A stretch of 64,000 nt of DNA from an uncultured Gemmatimonadales bacterium (GCA_963783385.1 CAWANJ010000001.1:544001-608000); one strand, 5' to 3'; counted from the stretch's first letter, positions 36,032 through 47,118 are shown. Numbers and translations: made by a program. Notes: a model not told the origin generated them from the sequence alone.

Positions 36032-37603
36032 CTAGAGGTCGATGTCGTACTCGCGCAGCTTGCGGTACAGGGTGCGCTCGCCGATCCCCAGCTTCTCCGC
36101 CGCCTTGCGCCGGTTCCCGTCCACGTCGCGGAGCGTGGCGATGATCGCCTCGCGCTCGAGCTCCGACATGGTCATTCCGGGGCGGAAGCGGATTTCGTCC
36201 TCCTCCGGGAGCTCGGTCGTCTCGGCTTCCTCGTAAGCGGCCGGGATCTCGATCTCGGCGGCGTGGCGCTCCCCCTCCCGCAGCAGTTCCGGATGCGAGT
36301 CCCGGTAGCGCTCGAACTCCTGCCTGAGATCCTCCACGTCCATCTTGAGGTCGATGAGCGTGTGGAAGATGAACTCCATCTCCGGGATCTGCCCGGGCGA
36401 CTCGCCCGCTGCCGTCAGCGCCGTTTCCCTGGATCCACCGCCGGCCCACACGGGGAGCATGGCGCGACCACGGCCCTGCCGAATCTCGCTCGGGATGTCC
36501 TCGGCCCGGATCGTGGAACCGGGAGCCAGCACGACCATGGACTCGACCAGGTTGCGGAGCTCCCGGACGTTGCCCGGCCAGTCGTAGTCGAGCAGGAGCT
36601 GCAGCGCCTCGGGCGTGAGCCCTTTGAACTCGCGGTCGTGCGCCTCCGTGAACTCCCGGATGAACTGGCGTACGAGGATGGGGATGTCCGACCGCCGCTC
36701 CCTGAGCGGCGGCATCTCCACCTGGAGGACGTTGAGCCGGTAGTACAGGTCACGCCGGAAGGAGCCGTCCTGCACGGCGCCCGTCAGCTCCCGGTTCGTG
36801 GCCGCGATGACCCGAACGTTCACCTCGATTTCCTGGTCGCCTCCCACCCTCATGAAGCGACGCTGCTCCAGGACCCGAAGCAGGCGCGTCTGGGTGGGCG
36901 GCGGCATCTCGACCACCTCGTCCAGGAAGATCGTGCCGCCGTCGGCGAGCTCGAACATGCCCTTGCGACGCGAGGTCGCGCCCGTGAACGAACCCTTCTC
37001 GTGCCCGAACAGCTCGGATTCCAGCAGCGACTCGGGGAGCGCCGCGCAATTCACGGCGATGAAGGGCTTGCCGCGGCGCCGCGAGTACCGGTGGATGGCC
37101 CGGGCCACGAGCTCCTTCCCCGTGCCACTCTCTCCCGTGAGCAGCACGGTCGAGTTGACCGGGGCGATGAGATGAATCCGTTCGAGGACGTCCCGCACGG
37201 CTCGCGTGCGTCCGATGATGCCCGTCTCGAGCTGCACGCGGTAGCGATCGAGCTCCTGCGCCAGGACGACCTGGACTTCTTCGGCGTCGGGCGGGGCCGG
37301 CAGACACGCATCCAGGTCGTTCTCGGCGGCCAGCGTCGAGAGGCCATCTTCGGTCGCCTTCACGACCGCGAGCAGCGGCGGCCGCGGGATGAGCTCGTCC
37401 AGACGACGGCGCATCGCCCCGGCGCGCTCGCCGCCCGGAGCCGACGTCAGCACCAGGGCGATCTCCTCCTCGCCCTCGCGACGGCGGTGGTCGAGCTCGC
37501 GGGCGGACTCGATCATCTCGATCTCGTGTCCGTCGGCCTGGACCGCCTCGCGGACGGCGACCGCCGTCTCGAGTTCTCCGGTGTCGATGAACACGCGAGC
37601 CAC
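36032..37603 (-). CDS. Sigma54-dependent enhancer-binding protein with degenerate receiver domain
   Basis: GESGTGKE, ESELFGHEKGSFTGA and WPGNVREL; C-terminal Fis-type HTH. Confidence 0.93.
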   Translation of the reverse strand: MARVFIDTGELETAVAVREAVQADGHEIEMIESARELDHRRREGEEEIALVLTSAPGGERAGAMRRRLDELIPRPPLLAVVKATEDGLSTLAAENDLDACLPAPPDAEEVQVVLAQELDRYRVQLETGIIGRTRAVRDVLERIHLIAPVNSTVLLTGESGTGKELVARAIHRYSRRRGKPFIAVNCAALPESLLESELFGHEKGSFTGATSRRKGMFELADGGTIFLDEVVEMPPPTQTRLLRVLEQRRFMRVGGDQEIEVNVRVIAATNRELTGAVQDGSFRRDLYYRLNVLQVEMPPLRERRSDIPILVRQFIREFTEAHDREFKGLTPEALQLLLDYDWPGNVRELRNLVESMVVLAPGSTIRAEDIPSEIRQGRGRAMLPVWAGGGSRETALTAAGESPGQIPEMEFIFHTLIDLKMDVEDLRQEFERYRDSHPELLREGERHAAEIEIPAAYEEAETTELPEEDEIRFRPGMTMSELEREAIIATLRDVDGNRRKAAEKLGIGERTLYRKLREYDIDL

Positions 37604-37617
37604 GATTGCCTCGTGCT

Positions 37618-38115
37618 CTAGGTATCGGTGGAGTGCGACGTGACGCCACCCAGGATGTCCAGCGCGTGCGCGACCAGTGGATCGAGGGCCTCCAGCCCGT
37701 CGGCCACGCCGGACGGGCTACCGGGCAGGTTGACGATGAGGCTGGCGGCACGGAGTCCGGCCACCCCCCGGCTCAGGTCGGCGTACGGGACTTCGCCCCG
37801 GCTCGCGGCGCGCATCCGCTCGGCCACGCCGGGCGCGTCGCGCTCGATCACCGCCCGCGTCGCCTCGGGCGTCACATCCCGCGGGGAGAACCCGGTGCCC
37901 CCGGTCGTCAGCACGAGCGTGCAGCCCTGCCGATCCACCAGGTCGAGCAGCCCCCTCACGATCGCCGTGCGCTCGTCGGGCACCACCCGTCGGGCCGCCA
38001 CCCTCCAGCCACGCCCCTCGGCCCAGGCGGCGATCCGATCACCGGACCGATCGTCCCGCGTTCCGGCAGCGACGCCGTCGGACACGGTGAGGACTCCGAC
38101 CCGAACCTCCTTCAT
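37618..38115 (-). CDS. mog: MogA/MoaB molybdopterin adenylyltransferase
   Basis: [24 protein letters not shown] and NLPGSP. Confidence 0.92.
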   Translation of the reverse strand: MKEVRVGVLTVSDGVAAGTRDDRSGDRIAAWAEGRGWRVAARRVVPDERTAIVRGLLDLVDRQGCTLVLTTGGTGFSPRDVTPEATRAVIERDAPGVAERMRAASRGEVPYADLSRGVAGLRAASLIVNLPGSPSGVADGLEALDPLVAHALDILGGVTSHSTDT

Positions 38116-39236
38116 CGGCGCAGCGAGCCGTCCCGGTAGAAGGGCATCGACTCGACCGTGCCCGGGACCTCCTCGTCACGGATGACCACGGCGACCTCAT
38201 CACCCGGCGCGGCGTCGGCCGGGAGGTACGCGGTTCCGATCCCGTAGCCGAGGGTGGGGCTCACCGTCCCGCTGCGCACCGGCCCCACCTCCGAGCCGGC
38301 GAATCGGACGGGATATCCGGCCCGCGGGAAGCCGCGCTCCGTGAGCCGGAATCCGCGCAGCCGACGCCGGATGCCCTCCTCCTTCTGGCGGCGGAGCGCC
38401 TCGCGGCCCACGAAGGGTCCCTTGTCGAGCTTGACCAACCATCCGAGGCCGGCTTCCAGTGGCGTCGTCTTCCGGTCGATGTCGTTGCCGTAGAGCGCGT
38501 AGCCCATCTCCAGCCTGAGCGTGTCGCGGGCGCCCAGGCCCGCGGGAACCAGGCCGACCGACTCGCCCGCCTGGAGCAGCCGCCGCCACACCCGCCCGGC
38601 GTCGGAGGCGGCGACGTACAGCTCGAAGCCATCCTCCCCGGTGTACCCCGTGCGGCTGATGACCGCCGGAACGTCGTCGACCCTGCCCTCCACGAAGTGG
38701 TAGAAGCCGATGGGGTCCAGGGCTTCGGAGGCCAGGGGCTGCAGGATCTCCGGGGCCGCCGGCCCCTGCAGCGCCAGGAGCGCGATCTCTTCGCTCTCGT
38801 CGGTGAGCTCGGCGTCCGCCTCCCCCGCGTGCTCCACGACGTGCGCCCAGTCCGCCGCCAGGTTGGCGGCGTTGACCACGAGCCGGAAGAGGTCTTCGCC
38901 CAGCCTGTAGACCACCAGGTCGTCCTGGATCCCTCCATCCTCGATGCACATGGCGCTGTATTGCGCCTGACCGATCGACAGGCGGGACGGATCGTTGGTG
39001 GTGATCCCGGATACGAGCTCGAGGGCACCGGGCCCCTCCACCCGGAACTCCCCCATGTGCGATACGTCGAAAAGTCCGGCGGCCGTGCGCACCGCCTCGT
39101 GCTCCGCCCGAATGCCGGTCGGATACTGGACCGGCATGGCGAAGCCGCCGAAGGGAACGAGCTTGGCGCCCAGCCGGACGTGCTCGTCGTACAGCGGCGT
39201 CTTCCGCGGCGTCCCGGTCTCCTGATCGTGGCTCAT
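38112..39236 (-). CDS. gcvT: Glycine cleavage system aminomethyltransferase
   Basis: [20 protein letters not shown] and [13 protein letters not shown]. Confidence 0.97.
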   Translation of the reverse strand: MSHDQETGTPRKTPLYDEHVRLGAKLVPFGGFAMPVQYPTGIRAEHEAVRTAAGLFDVSHMGEFRVEGPGALELVSGITTNDPSRLSIGQAQYSAMCIEDGGIQDDLVVYRLGEDLFRLVVNAANLAADWAHVVEHAGEADAELTDESEEIALLALQGPAAPEILQPLASEALDPIGFYHFVEGRVDDVPAVISRTGYTGEDGFELYVAASDAGRVWRRLLQAGESVGLVPAGLGARDTLRLEMGYALYGNDIDRKTTPLEAGLGWLVKLDKGPFVGREALRRQKEEGIRRRLRGFRLTERGFPRAGYPVRFAGSEVGPVRSGTVSPTLGYGIGTAYLPADAAPGDEVAVVIRDEEVPGTVESMPFYRDGSLRR

Positions 39237-39284
39237 CACGTCTCCCCTAGCTTCTTCTCGAATGGGCGCGGCCTTCCCGGCCGG

Positions 39285-40208
39285 TCAGCCCGCCAGCAGC
39301 TCCACCAGCAGCGCCTTCTGTGCGTGCAGGCGATTCTCGGCTTCGTCCCACACCCGGGAGCGAGGCCCGTCGATCACGGCCGCCGCCACCTCCTCGCCCC
39401 TGTGGGCCGGCAGGCAATGCAGGAAGATCGCGTCGGAAGCCGCCCCACGCATGAGGGCCTCGTCCACGACGAAACCCTGGAAGTCCCGCCGCCGCTGCTC
39501 CGCCTCCTCCTCCTGGCCCATGGAAGCCCACACATCGGTGGTGACCACGCGGGCCCCATCCGCGGCCCGCATCGGATCGCGCTCCAGGTGAACGGTGCCG
39601 CTCGCGGAGCCGACCGCGAGCAGCTCCGGATCCGGATCGTATCCCTCCGGGCAGGCCAGGCGAAGATCCAGGCCGAGCTTGATCGCAGCGTGGATCCACG
39701 AGTTGGCCATGTTGTTGCCGTCCCCGATCCAGGCCACGGAGATCCCCTCGAGGTCCCGCCCGAACGCCTCCTGCACGGTCATGAGGTCGGCCATCACCTG
39801 GCACGGGTGGAGGAGGTCGGTGAGGCCGTTGAGGACCGGAATGGAGCCGTGGCGGGCCAGGTCCTCGACGTCGGACTGGGCGAAGGTCCGGATCATGATG
39901 CCGTCGACGTAGCGGGACAGGACGCGCGCCGTGTCGGCGATCGGTTCGCCCCGGCCCAGCTGGATGTCCCTGGAGGAGAGGAAGAGCGCGTGGCCGCCCA
40001 GCTGGTACATCCCGGTTTCGAACGAAACCCGCGTGCGGGTGGAGCTCTTGGCGAAGATCATCCCGAGCGTCCGCCCGGCCAGTGGCCGGTGGGCCTGGTC
40101 CCGGCCGCGGGCCTTGAGGCGCGCGCCCGCCTCCAGCACGTCCAGGAGCCGGCCCGTGGGCCAGTCACCGATGGACAGGAAGTGTCCTTGCCGGTCGAAA
40201 TTCGTCAC
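39285..40208 (-). CDS. argF: Ornithine carbamoyltransferase
   Basis: SSTRTRVSFE, HPCQ, DVWASMGQE and HCLP. Confidence 0.97.
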   Translation of the reverse strand: MTNFDRQGHFLSIGDWPTGRLLDVLEAGARLKARGRDQAHRPLAGRTLGMIFAKSSTRTRVSFETGMYQLGGHALFLSSRDIQLGRGEPIADTARVLSRYVDGIMIRTFAQSDVEDLARHGSIPVLNGLTDLLHPCQVMADLMTVQEAFGRDLEGISVAWIGDGNNMANSWIHAAIKLGLDLRLACPEGYDPDPELLAVGSASGTVHLERDPMRAADGARVVTTDVWASMGQEEEAEQRRRDFQGFVVDEALMRGAASDAIFLHCLPAHRGEEVAAAVIDGPRSRVWDEAENRLHAQKALLVELLAG

Positions 40209-40281
40209 GTCGCCTCCCGAAGAGCAGGTCCTCGTCCAGGTCGCCCGCCGCCACCGGGCTGGAGTGGCGACCGACGTGTCG

Positions 40282-40581
40282 TCACGCGCCGCCCAGCCAG
40301 GCTCCCACCAGGAGCATGATCAGGAGGAGGAGGGCGAGCCCCGCCTCCTTCCAGTCGCGCTCCCGGGCATACTGGACGGCGGCGACCAGCATGGCCACCA
40401 GTGGCGCGACGAGCAACAAGGCCGCCCCCCCCATGCCCACCACCCGCAGGCTCCGGTCCAGCATGTCCACCAGGAACGCCGCACCCGCGATCCGGGTGGT
40501 CCACAGGAGGAGGGCCGCCAGGTGACGATGTGTCGCAGTGCGATCGCCCCAGCGACGCGCCGTCTCGGCCGGGACGCTCAC
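40282..40581 (-). CDS. Small membrane protein (DUF1634-like, TauE-associated)
   Basis: Three TM segments; YARERDW resembles the DUF1634 C-terminus; GTGA coupling to tauE. Confidence 0.55.
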   Translation of the reverse strand: MSVPAETARRWGDRTATHRHLAALLLWTTRIAGAAFLVDMLDRSLRVVGMGGAALLLVAPLVAMLVAAVQYARERDWKEAGLALLLLIMLLVGAWLGGA

Positions 40582-41345
40582 CGAGCCGCCCCGCCCAGGG
40601 CCCGCCAGGTCATCTCCCCCGCCACGTACAGCAGCACGGCCACGAGTACGTAGCGGACCCAACGGTCCGGAACGCGGTCGCTGAGGCGCGATCCGACCGA
40701 GCTCCCCACCAGCACGCCCAGCGCCACGGGCGCCGCGTAGGCCAGCACCAGGTCGCCCCTCATCCAGTAGATCCAGGCGCTCGCGGACGCCGTGAGCCCG
40801 ACCATGAACGTGCTGGTGGCCGCCGCCACGTCGAGCGGGATGTCCATCAGCGCGTGCATGATGGGGACCTTGGCGAACCCTCCCCCGATCCCGAGGAGCC
40901 CGGAGGCGACCCCGGCGCCGGCCGAGGCCCCCATCCCGAGGCCCAGGTGCCGCACCTCCCCGGGGCCCCGGGCCACCTCGCCTCCGGCCGTCCTGCCGCG
41001 CAGGAGCACCACGGCCGCGTACAGCACGGCCGCGGAGAACAGGAGGTAGAGGACGTGCGGCGGAATCAGCGCCGCCGCGAGACCGCCCCCCACGGCTCCG
41101 GCCACCGCCATGACTTCCAGACGGAGGGCCAGTGGAAGGTCCACGCGGCCCTCGCCCAGGTACACGGCGGCCGAGCCCGCCGATGTGGCGACGACGCCCA
41201 GCAGGCTCGCCGCCACGGCCTGGCGCACGGGGACCCCGAACAGGAGGAGGAGCCCGGGCACGATGAACACGCCTCCGCCAATGCCGACGATGCTGCCCAC
41301 GAACCCGGCTCCGAGCCCCAGCCCGAGGAGCGCGAGCGGGATCAC
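40578..41345 (-). CDS. TauE/SafE (TSUP) family transporter
   Basis: Duplicated GIGGG motifs; about 8 TM segments. Confidence 0.9.
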   Translation of the reverse strand: MIPLALLGLGLGAGFVGSIVGIGGGVFIVPGLLLLFGVPVRQAVAASLLGVVATSAGSAAVYLGEGRVDLPLALRLEVMAVAGAVGGGLAAALIPPHVLYLLFSAAVLYAAVVLLRGRTAGGEVARGPGEVRHLGLGMGASAGAGVASGLLGIGGGFAKVPIMHALMDIPLDVAAATSTFMVGLTASASAWIYWMRGDLVLAYAAPVALGVLVGSSVGSRLSDRVPDRWVRYVLVAVLLYVAGEMTWRALGGAAR

Positions 41346-41411
41346 CCGTCCTCCCTCGGCGCCCGGGTCACGGCCAGCGGCGCTGCGCCGGGCGGTGGAC
41401 GGCCGCTCGGC

Positions 41412-42974
41412 TCAGAGGATGTACCGCCGCAGGTCTTCGTCCTCCGCGATATCCTGCAGCCGATCGCGTACGAACGTACCGTCGATCTCGATCACCTTCT
41501 CAGCGTCGGGATCGGGGAGATCGAACATGACCTGCTCGAGCACGGTGGTGAGGACCGTGTGCAGCCGCCGGGCACCGATGTTCTCCATGCGCTCGTTGAC
41601 CTCGGCGGCGATGCGCGCCAGCTCCCGGATGGCCTCCTCGGTGAAGCGGAGCTCCATGCCCTCCGTGGCGACCAGGGCGATGTACTGGCTGAGGAGCGCG
41701 TTCTTGGGCTCGCACAGGATGCGGGCGAAGTCGTCGGCATCCAGGCTGCGCAGCTCGACCCGGATCGGAAAGCGGCCCTGCAGCTCCGGTATGAGGTCGG
41801 ACGGCGAGGACACATGGAAGGCGCCGGCCGCGATGAACAGGATGTGGTCGGTGTCCACGAGACCGTACTTGGTCGGCACGGTGGAGCCTTCCACGATCGG
41901 CAGAAGGTCGCGCTGCACGCCCTCCCTGGATACGTCAATGCCGCCAGCGGACCCACGCTCTCCGGCCACCTTGTCGAGCTCGTCGAGGAAGACGATCCCC
42001 ATGTTCTCGGCGCGCTCGAGCGCCTCGTCGATCACCTCGTCCATGTCGACCATGCGGTCGAGCTCTTCCGAGAGGAGGATCCGCCGGGCCTCGGCCACCG
42101 TGACCTCCCGCCGACGGGTCTTCTTGGGCAACATGTCCTGGAGGACCTCGCCCACGTTCCAGTCGAGCCCCTCCATGCCCGGAGCGTTCATGTCGAGGAG
42201 GGGAACCGAGCTCTCGCTGATCTCGACCTCGACGGTGCGCTCCTCCAGCTTCCCGTCGCGCAGGAGGCCTCGCAGCTTCTCGCGCGTCCGGCGGCGGCGG
42301 GACGGCGTCGCATCGGTCCCGGCGGCGTGCCCGTCGCCGGCCTCCTCGGCGGCCCGCTCCTGCTCCCGCGCCTGCGCCTCGCCGGTCGCCGACACGACGA
42401 AGGTGCGGGGCGCCGGACGCCCGGCGGGCCGCTCCTGGCCGGGCCCCGGGGGGCCGGCGGGGACCGCAGTGGGTTCGGGCTCCCGGGCGACAGGCGGCAG
42501 CAGCATGTCGAGCAGCCGCTCCTCCACGCGCTCCTCGGCCGGCCCGCGCATGGCGTCCTCACGCTCTCCGCGTACCATGTTGACCGAGATGTCCACCAGG
42601 TCGCGGACCATCGATTCGACGTCCCGTCCGACGTAACCCACCTCCGTGAACTTGGAGGCCTCGACCTTGATGAAGGGCGCGCCGGAGAGCCGCGCCAGGC
42701 GCCGCGCGATCTCGGTCTTCCCCACGCCGGTGGGTCCGATCATGATGATGTTGTTCGGGAGGATCTCGTCCCGGAGCTCCTCCTCCACCTGCCGGCGACG
42801 CCATCGATTCCGCAGGGCGATGGCCACCGCTTTCTTGGCATCGTCCTGTCCGATGATGTACAGGTCCAGCTCCCGGACGATCTCCCTCGGCGTCCAGTCG
42901 GCCGTGCCGCTCCGGTCCTCGGGAGCAGCGGCCTCGCCGCGCCCCGTCTCCCGGTCGTCCTGCATGTCGTTCAC
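41412..42974 (-). CDS. hslU: HslU ATPase
   Basis: [32 protein letters not shown] and C-terminal RYIL. Confidence 0.98.
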   Translation of the reverse strand: MNDMQDDRETGRGEAAAPEDRSGTADWTPREIVRELDLYIIGQDDAKKAVAIALRNRWRRRQVEEELRDEILPNNIIMIGPTGVGKTEIARRLARLSGAPFIKVEASKFTEVGYVGRDVESMVRDLVDISVNMVRGEREDAMRGPAEERVEERLLDMLLPPVAREPEPTAVPAGPPGPGQERPAGRPAPRTFVVSATGEAQAREQERAAEEAGDGHAAGTDATPSRRRRTREKLRGLLRDGKLEERTVEVEISESSVPLLDMNAPGMEGLDWNVGEVLQDMLPKKTRRREVTVAEARRILLSEELDRMVDMDEVIDEALERAENMGIVFLDELDKVAGERGSAGGIDVSREGVQRDLLPIVEGSTVPTKYGLVDTDHILFIAAGAFHVSSPSDLIPELQGRFPIRVELRSLDADDFARILCEPKNALLSQYIALVATEGMELRFTEEAIRELARIAAEVNERMENIGARRLHTVLTTVLEQVMFDLPDPDAEKVIEIDGTFVRDRLQDIAEDEDLRRYIL

Positions 42975-43002
42975 GCTGTCTCGCGAGGCTCCCGTGGACG
43001 TG

Positions 43003-43563
43003 TCATTTCGCCTCGACCTCGAGGACGGTGATCTCCCGGTTCGTGTACACGCAGATGTCGGCGGCGATCTCCAGAGCCCGGCGCACCAGGTCCGGGGCCG
43101 CGAGTGCCGAGTCCCCCATCAGGGCCCGGGCCGCGGCGAGCGCGTAGGCTCCGCCGGACCCCAGCGCCAGGATGCCGTCGTCGGGCTCGATCACCTCGCC
43201 GTTGCCGGACACCAGGAAGCTGTGCTCGCGGTCGGCCACGGCCAGCAGGGCCTCGAGCCGTCGCAGGAACTTGTCGCTGCGCCACTCCTTGGCCAGCTCG
43301 ACCGCGGCGCGGGTCAGGTTGCCCGGATGCCGCTCCAGCTGCGCCTCGAACTTCTCGAACAGCGTGAACGCGTCGGCCACCCCGCCCGCGAACCCGGCCA
43401 GGATGGTGCCGTCCTTCATCCGGCGCACCTTCCGCGCCCGAGCCTTGACCACGGTGTCGTCCATGGTGACCTGGCCGTCCCCGCCCATGGCCACCTGGCC
43501 GTCACGACGGACGCACAGGATCGTGGTCGCCTCGAAGGCCGTTCGCCCCGCCCGAATCGTCAT
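43003..43563 (-). CDS. hslV: HslV protease
   Basis: ATTILCV (Thr nucleophile after a propeptide), GDGQVT and GSGG. Confidence 0.97.
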   Translation of the reverse strand: MTIRAGRTAFEATTILCVRRDGQVAMGGDGQVTMDDTVVKARARKVRRMKDGTILAGFAGGVADAFTLFEKFEAQLERHPGNLTRAAVELAKEWRSDKFLRRLEALLAVADREHSFLVSGNGEVIEPDDGILALGSGGAYALAAARALMGDSALAAPDLVRRALEIAADICVYTNREITVLEVEAK

Positions 43564-43591
43564 GTCCCCGCTCCCTGGAGCACGGTCCCCC

Positions 43592-44530
43592 TCACTCGGC
43601 CCGCGGGTGCGCCTGGCGGTACACCCGCTTGAGACGCTCCCGCGACGTGTGCGTGTAGATACGCGTGGTCGAGAGGCTGGCGTGACCCAGGAGCTCCTTG
43701 ACCGCCACGAGATCCGCCCCCCGGTCCAGCATGTGGGTGGCGAAGGAGTGGCGCAGGGCGTGGGTCGACAACCGCTCGCCCGCCGCTACTGCATCCAGCG
43801 TGCCCGTCACGGCCCGCTGGATCTGACGCCGCGACAGCCGGCCGCCCCGGATCGACACAAACACCGGGAGCCGCGGCAGCTTCCCGCCCGCACCCGCGTC
43901 GGTCTCCGCTCGCTCGGAGCGCGCCGGAAGGTAGGTCCGTAGCGCGTCGACCGCCGGTCGGCCCACGGGCACGATGCGCTCCTTGCGGCCCTTCCCGACG
44001 ACCCGCACCTGTCGCCCGGCGAGGTCCACGTCCTGCAGATCCAGCTGCTGAATCTCGGCCAGCCGGAGGCCGCAGGAGTACAGGAGCTCGATCAGCGCCC
44101 GGTTCCGCAGTGCCAGGAAGCCGCCGTCCCGCGCCGCCCGCTCTCGGAGCAGGTCGAACAGGTCGGTGGTCTGGTCCGCCGACAGGTAGCCGGGCAGGGT
44201 GCGCTCGCGGCCCGGTGATCGTACCAGGCGGGCCGGGCTCGACTCGACCCTCCCCGTTCGATGCAGGAATCGGAACAGGGCGCGGACGGCCGAGAGCTTC
44301 CGGGACATGGTGGACCGGGCCAACCCGCGACGGTCCAGCTCCCCCAGGAAGGCGCGGACGGCCTGGCGGTCGATCTCCGGCCACTCCCAGGAGCGGGAGC
44401 CCAGGTAGCCGTCCAGGAACTCCACGAACAAGCGGAGGTCGCGCCGGTAGCCCGAAACCGTGTGCGGGGAGAGCAGACGCTCCTTCTCCGCGTAGCGCAG
44501 GAAGTCCCGGACCGCTTCTCTGCCGTCCAT
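43592..44530 (-). CDS. xerC: Tyrosine recombinase XerC
   Basis: [23 protein letters not shown] and [12 protein letters not shown]; topA-xerC-hslVU synteny. Confidence 0.92.
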   Translation of the reverse strand: MDGREAVRDFLRYAEKERLLSPHTVSGYRRDLRLFVEFLDGYLGSRSWEWPEIDRQAVRAFLGELDRRGLARSTMSRKLSAVRALFRFLHRTGRVESSPARLVRSPGRERTLPGYLSADQTTDLFDLLRERAARDGGFLALRNRALIELLYSCGLRLAEIQQLDLQDVDLAGRQVRVVGKGRKERIVPVGRPAVDALRTYLPARSERAETDAGAGGKLPRLPVFVSIRGGRLSRRQIQRAVTGTLDAVAAGERLSTHALRHSFATHMLDRGADLVAVKELLGHASLSTTRIYTHTSRERLKRVYRQAHPRAE

Positions 44531-44553
44531 CGGACCTCCTTCGCGCCCTGTCC

Positions 44554-47118
44554 TCAGCCGCTACGGGCGCGCTTGGCCTCCAGGAGCTCGACGGCCTGCT
44601 CCAGCGTCACGTCGTCGGGCGAGGTGCCCTTGGGCAGCGAGGCGTTGGTGCCGTCGTGCTTGACGTAGGGGCCGTAGCGCCCGGCGAAGAGCTGCACCGG
44701 CTTGCCGTCCTCGGGGTGCTCCCCGAGGCTCCGGATCGGACCCGAGCGCCCCCGGCGACGGCCCTTCTTGGGCTCCGCCAGGAGCTCCAGGGCGCGCTCG
44801 AGCGAGATGTCCAGCGGGTCGTCGTCCGCCTTGAGGGATCGGTAGTCCCCCTCGTGGACCACGTACGGACCGTAGCGCCCGATGCCCACCTTGATCGGCT
44901 TGCCGTCGTCCGGATGCTCGCCGATCGGGTAGGGCATCGCCAGGAGCTTGAGCGCCTGCTCCAGGTCGACGTCCTCGTATTCGAGGCCCTCGGGCAGCGA
45001 GGTGCGCTTCGGCTTTCCCCCGCCCTCCCCCTTCTCGCCCAGCTGGACGTAGGGCCCGAACCGGCCGGTGAGGACGAAGACGGTGTGTCCCGTCTCCGGG
45101 TCCTTCCCCAGCTCGCGGGGCCCCTCCGCCTTGCGCTCCAGCAGCTCGAGCGCGTCCTCCTCGCGCAGATCGGCGGGCGCCACGCCCTCCGGGACCGAAG
45201 CCGTGAGGCGATCGCCGTTTCGCTCCAGCTCCAGGAACGGGCCGTACTTGCCGATCCGAACGCGAGGCTCGAGGTCCTCGAGTACGACCGTCGACGCTTC
45301 GCGCGGATCGATCTTGTCCTCGCGCTCCTCCAGCCGGGCATCCAGTCCCTCGGAGCCGGAATAGAAGTCGGACAGCCACTCGCGCCAGTCGACGTCGCCC
45401 TCGGCGATCCGGTCCAGGGCACTCTCCATCTGCGCCGTGAAGCCCGTGTCCACCAGGTCCGGGAAGTGGTCCTCCAGCAGGTGCGTCACCGCGAAGGCGG
45501 TCCACGTGGGGACGAGCTGCTTGCCGTCCTTCTCCGCGTAGCCGCGCTCCTGGATGGTCGAGATGATCGCGGCGTACGTGCTCGGCCGCCCGATCCCCTC
45601 GCTCTCGAGCGCCTTCACCAGCGTGGCCTCGGTGTAGCGCGCCGGCGGTCGCGTCTCGTGCGATTGGGCCTCGAGCTCCCGCAGCGTGAGGACGTCACCT
45701 TCCTCGAGGTCCGGGAGGAGGACCTCCTGGTCCTCGAGCGCGGCCTCGGGGTCGTCGGAGCCCTCCACGTAGGCCCGGAAGAAGCCCGCGAACTCGAGCA
45801 CCTTTCCGCTCGCCCGGAACTCCGCGTCGTCGGCCTCGATGCGGACGGTGAGGTGACGCTGACGCGCATCGGCCATCTGCGTGGCGACGGTGCGCTTCCA
45901 GATGAGGTCGTAGAGGCGCGCCTCCCCGCCCGAGAGCCCCAGCTCCTCCACGGTCCGCATCCGGGTACCGGCCGGCCGGATGGCCTCGTGGGCCTCCTGG
46001 GCGGCCTTGGCCTTCGTGCGGTAGCGCCGTGCCGAGGGGCTCAGGAACTCTTCGCCGTACAGGTCCTGCACCCGCGAGCGCGCGGCGGAGATGGCCTGTT
46101 CGGACAGGTTGACGGAGTCCGTGCGCATGTAGGTGATGTGCCCGGCCTCATAGAGGCTCTGGGCGAATCGCATCGTCTGGCGGGCGGAGAGGTTGAGCTT
46201 TCGGTTGGCCTCTTGCTGGAGGCTCGAGGTGGTGAACGGCGGATAGGGGCTCCGCGTGGAGCGCCGCTCGTCGATGCCCGCCACCCGGAACTCGACCCCC
46301 GCCAGGCGGTCCCTGAGCGCGGAAGCCTCCTCCTCGTCCAGCAGGAGGACCTCCCGGCCCTCGATCAGGCTCCCCGTGTGCTCGTCGAAGTCCTGCCCCG
46401 AAGGCACGCGGACGCCACCGACCTGGGCGAGCCCGGCGTCGAACACCTTGCCGTGCGAAGCCAGGTGCGCCGCCAGGTCCCACCACGTGGCGGCGTGGAA
46501 GGCGCGGCGCTGGCGCTCGCGCACGACCAGGAGACGCACGGCCACCGACTGCACGCGGCCGGCCGAGAGACCCGGCGAGATCTTCTTCCACAGCAGTGGC
46601 GACAGCCGGTAGCCGACGAGCCGGTCCAGGATTCGCCTGGCCTGCTGCGCCTCGACCTGCTTCATGTCGATCGGACCGGGATGCTCGAGCGCCTCCTGGA
46701 GGGCCTCGGGCGTGATCTCGTGGAAGGTGATGCGGCGGAACCGCTCACCGTTCTCGCGCTCGAAGCCCAGCTCCCGGGCCACGTGGTAGGCGATCGCCTC
46801 TCCCTCGCGGTCGGGGTCGGTGGCCAGCAGGACGTCCTCCGCGCCCCGCGCCGCCGAGCGCAGCTCCTTGAGCAGCTTACCCTTACCCCGGATCGTAACG
46901 TACTCGGGCTCGAAGCCGGCCTCGACGTCGACGCCGAGATCACTCTTGGGGAGGTCCTTGACGTGTCCCACCGTGGCCTCGACCCGGTACTCCTTACCCA
47001 GGTACCCGCCCAGAGTCCGGGCCTTGGCCGGCGACTCCACGATGATCAGGTGCGGCGTACTGCTTCCGCCGCGCCGCTTCTTCTTGCCACCCTTCTTCGT
47101 GGTGCTTGCCTCAGACAT
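44554..47118 (-). CDS. topA: DNA topoisomerase I with C-terminal Toprim_C repeats
   Basis: IVESPAKA, ATDPDREGE, SAGRVQS and ITYMRTDS; repeated G(R/K)(Y/F)GP(Y/F) motifs. Confidence 0.97.
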   Translation of the reverse strand: MSEASTTKKGGKKKRRGGSSTPHLIIVESPAKARTLGGYLGKEYRVEATVGHVKDLPKSDLGVDVEAGFEPEYVTIRGKGKLLKELRSAARGAEDVLLATDPDREGEAIAYHVARELGFERENGERFRRITFHEITPEALQEALEHPGPIDMKQVEAQQARRILDRLVGYRLSPLLWKKISPGLSAGRVQSVAVRLLVVRERQRRAFHAATWWDLAAHLASHGKVFDAGLAQVGGVRVPSGQDFDEHTGSLIEGREVLLLDEEEASALRDRLAGVEFRVAGIDERRSTRSPYPPFTTSSLQQEANRKLNLSARQTMRFAQSLYEAGHITYMRTDSVNLSEQAISAARSRVQDLYGEEFLSPSARRYRTKAKAAQEAHEAIRPAGTRMRTVEELGLSGGEARLYDLIWKRTVATQMADARQRHLTVRIEADDAEFRASGKVLEFAGFFRAYVEGSDDPEAALEDQEVLLPDLEEGDVLTLRELEAQSHETRPPARYTEATLVKALESEGIGRPSTYAAIISTIQERGYAEKDGKQLVPTWTAFAVTHLLEDHFPDLVDTGFTAQMESALDRIAEGDVDWREWLSDFYSGSEGLDARLEEREDKIDPREASTVVLEDLEPRVRIGKYGPFLELERNGDRLTASVPEGVAPADLREEDALELLERKAEGPRELGKDPETGHTVFVLTGRFGPYVQLGEKGEGGGKPKRTSLPEGLEYEDVDLEQALKLLAMPYPIGEHPDDGKPIKVGIGRYGPYVVHEGDYRSLKADDDPLDISLERALELLAEPKKGRRRGRSGPIRSLGEHPEDGKPVQLFAGRYGPYVKHDGTNASLPKGTSPDDVTLEQAVELLEAKRARSG

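Noticed and set aside
36021-36038. Tandem GTCCTAGA duplication at the engB/activator convergence
   Set aside because: Only 8 bp, built around the two TAG stops; no evidence of an element footprint
43592-44530. Tyrosine recombinase as a mobile-element integrase
   Set aside because: Sits in conserved topA-xerC-hslVU context with no att sites or cargo
44600-45260. Repeated G(R/K)(Y/F)GP(Y/F)-encoding segments
   Set aside because: Known C-terminal repeats of zinc-free topoisomerase I, not an array
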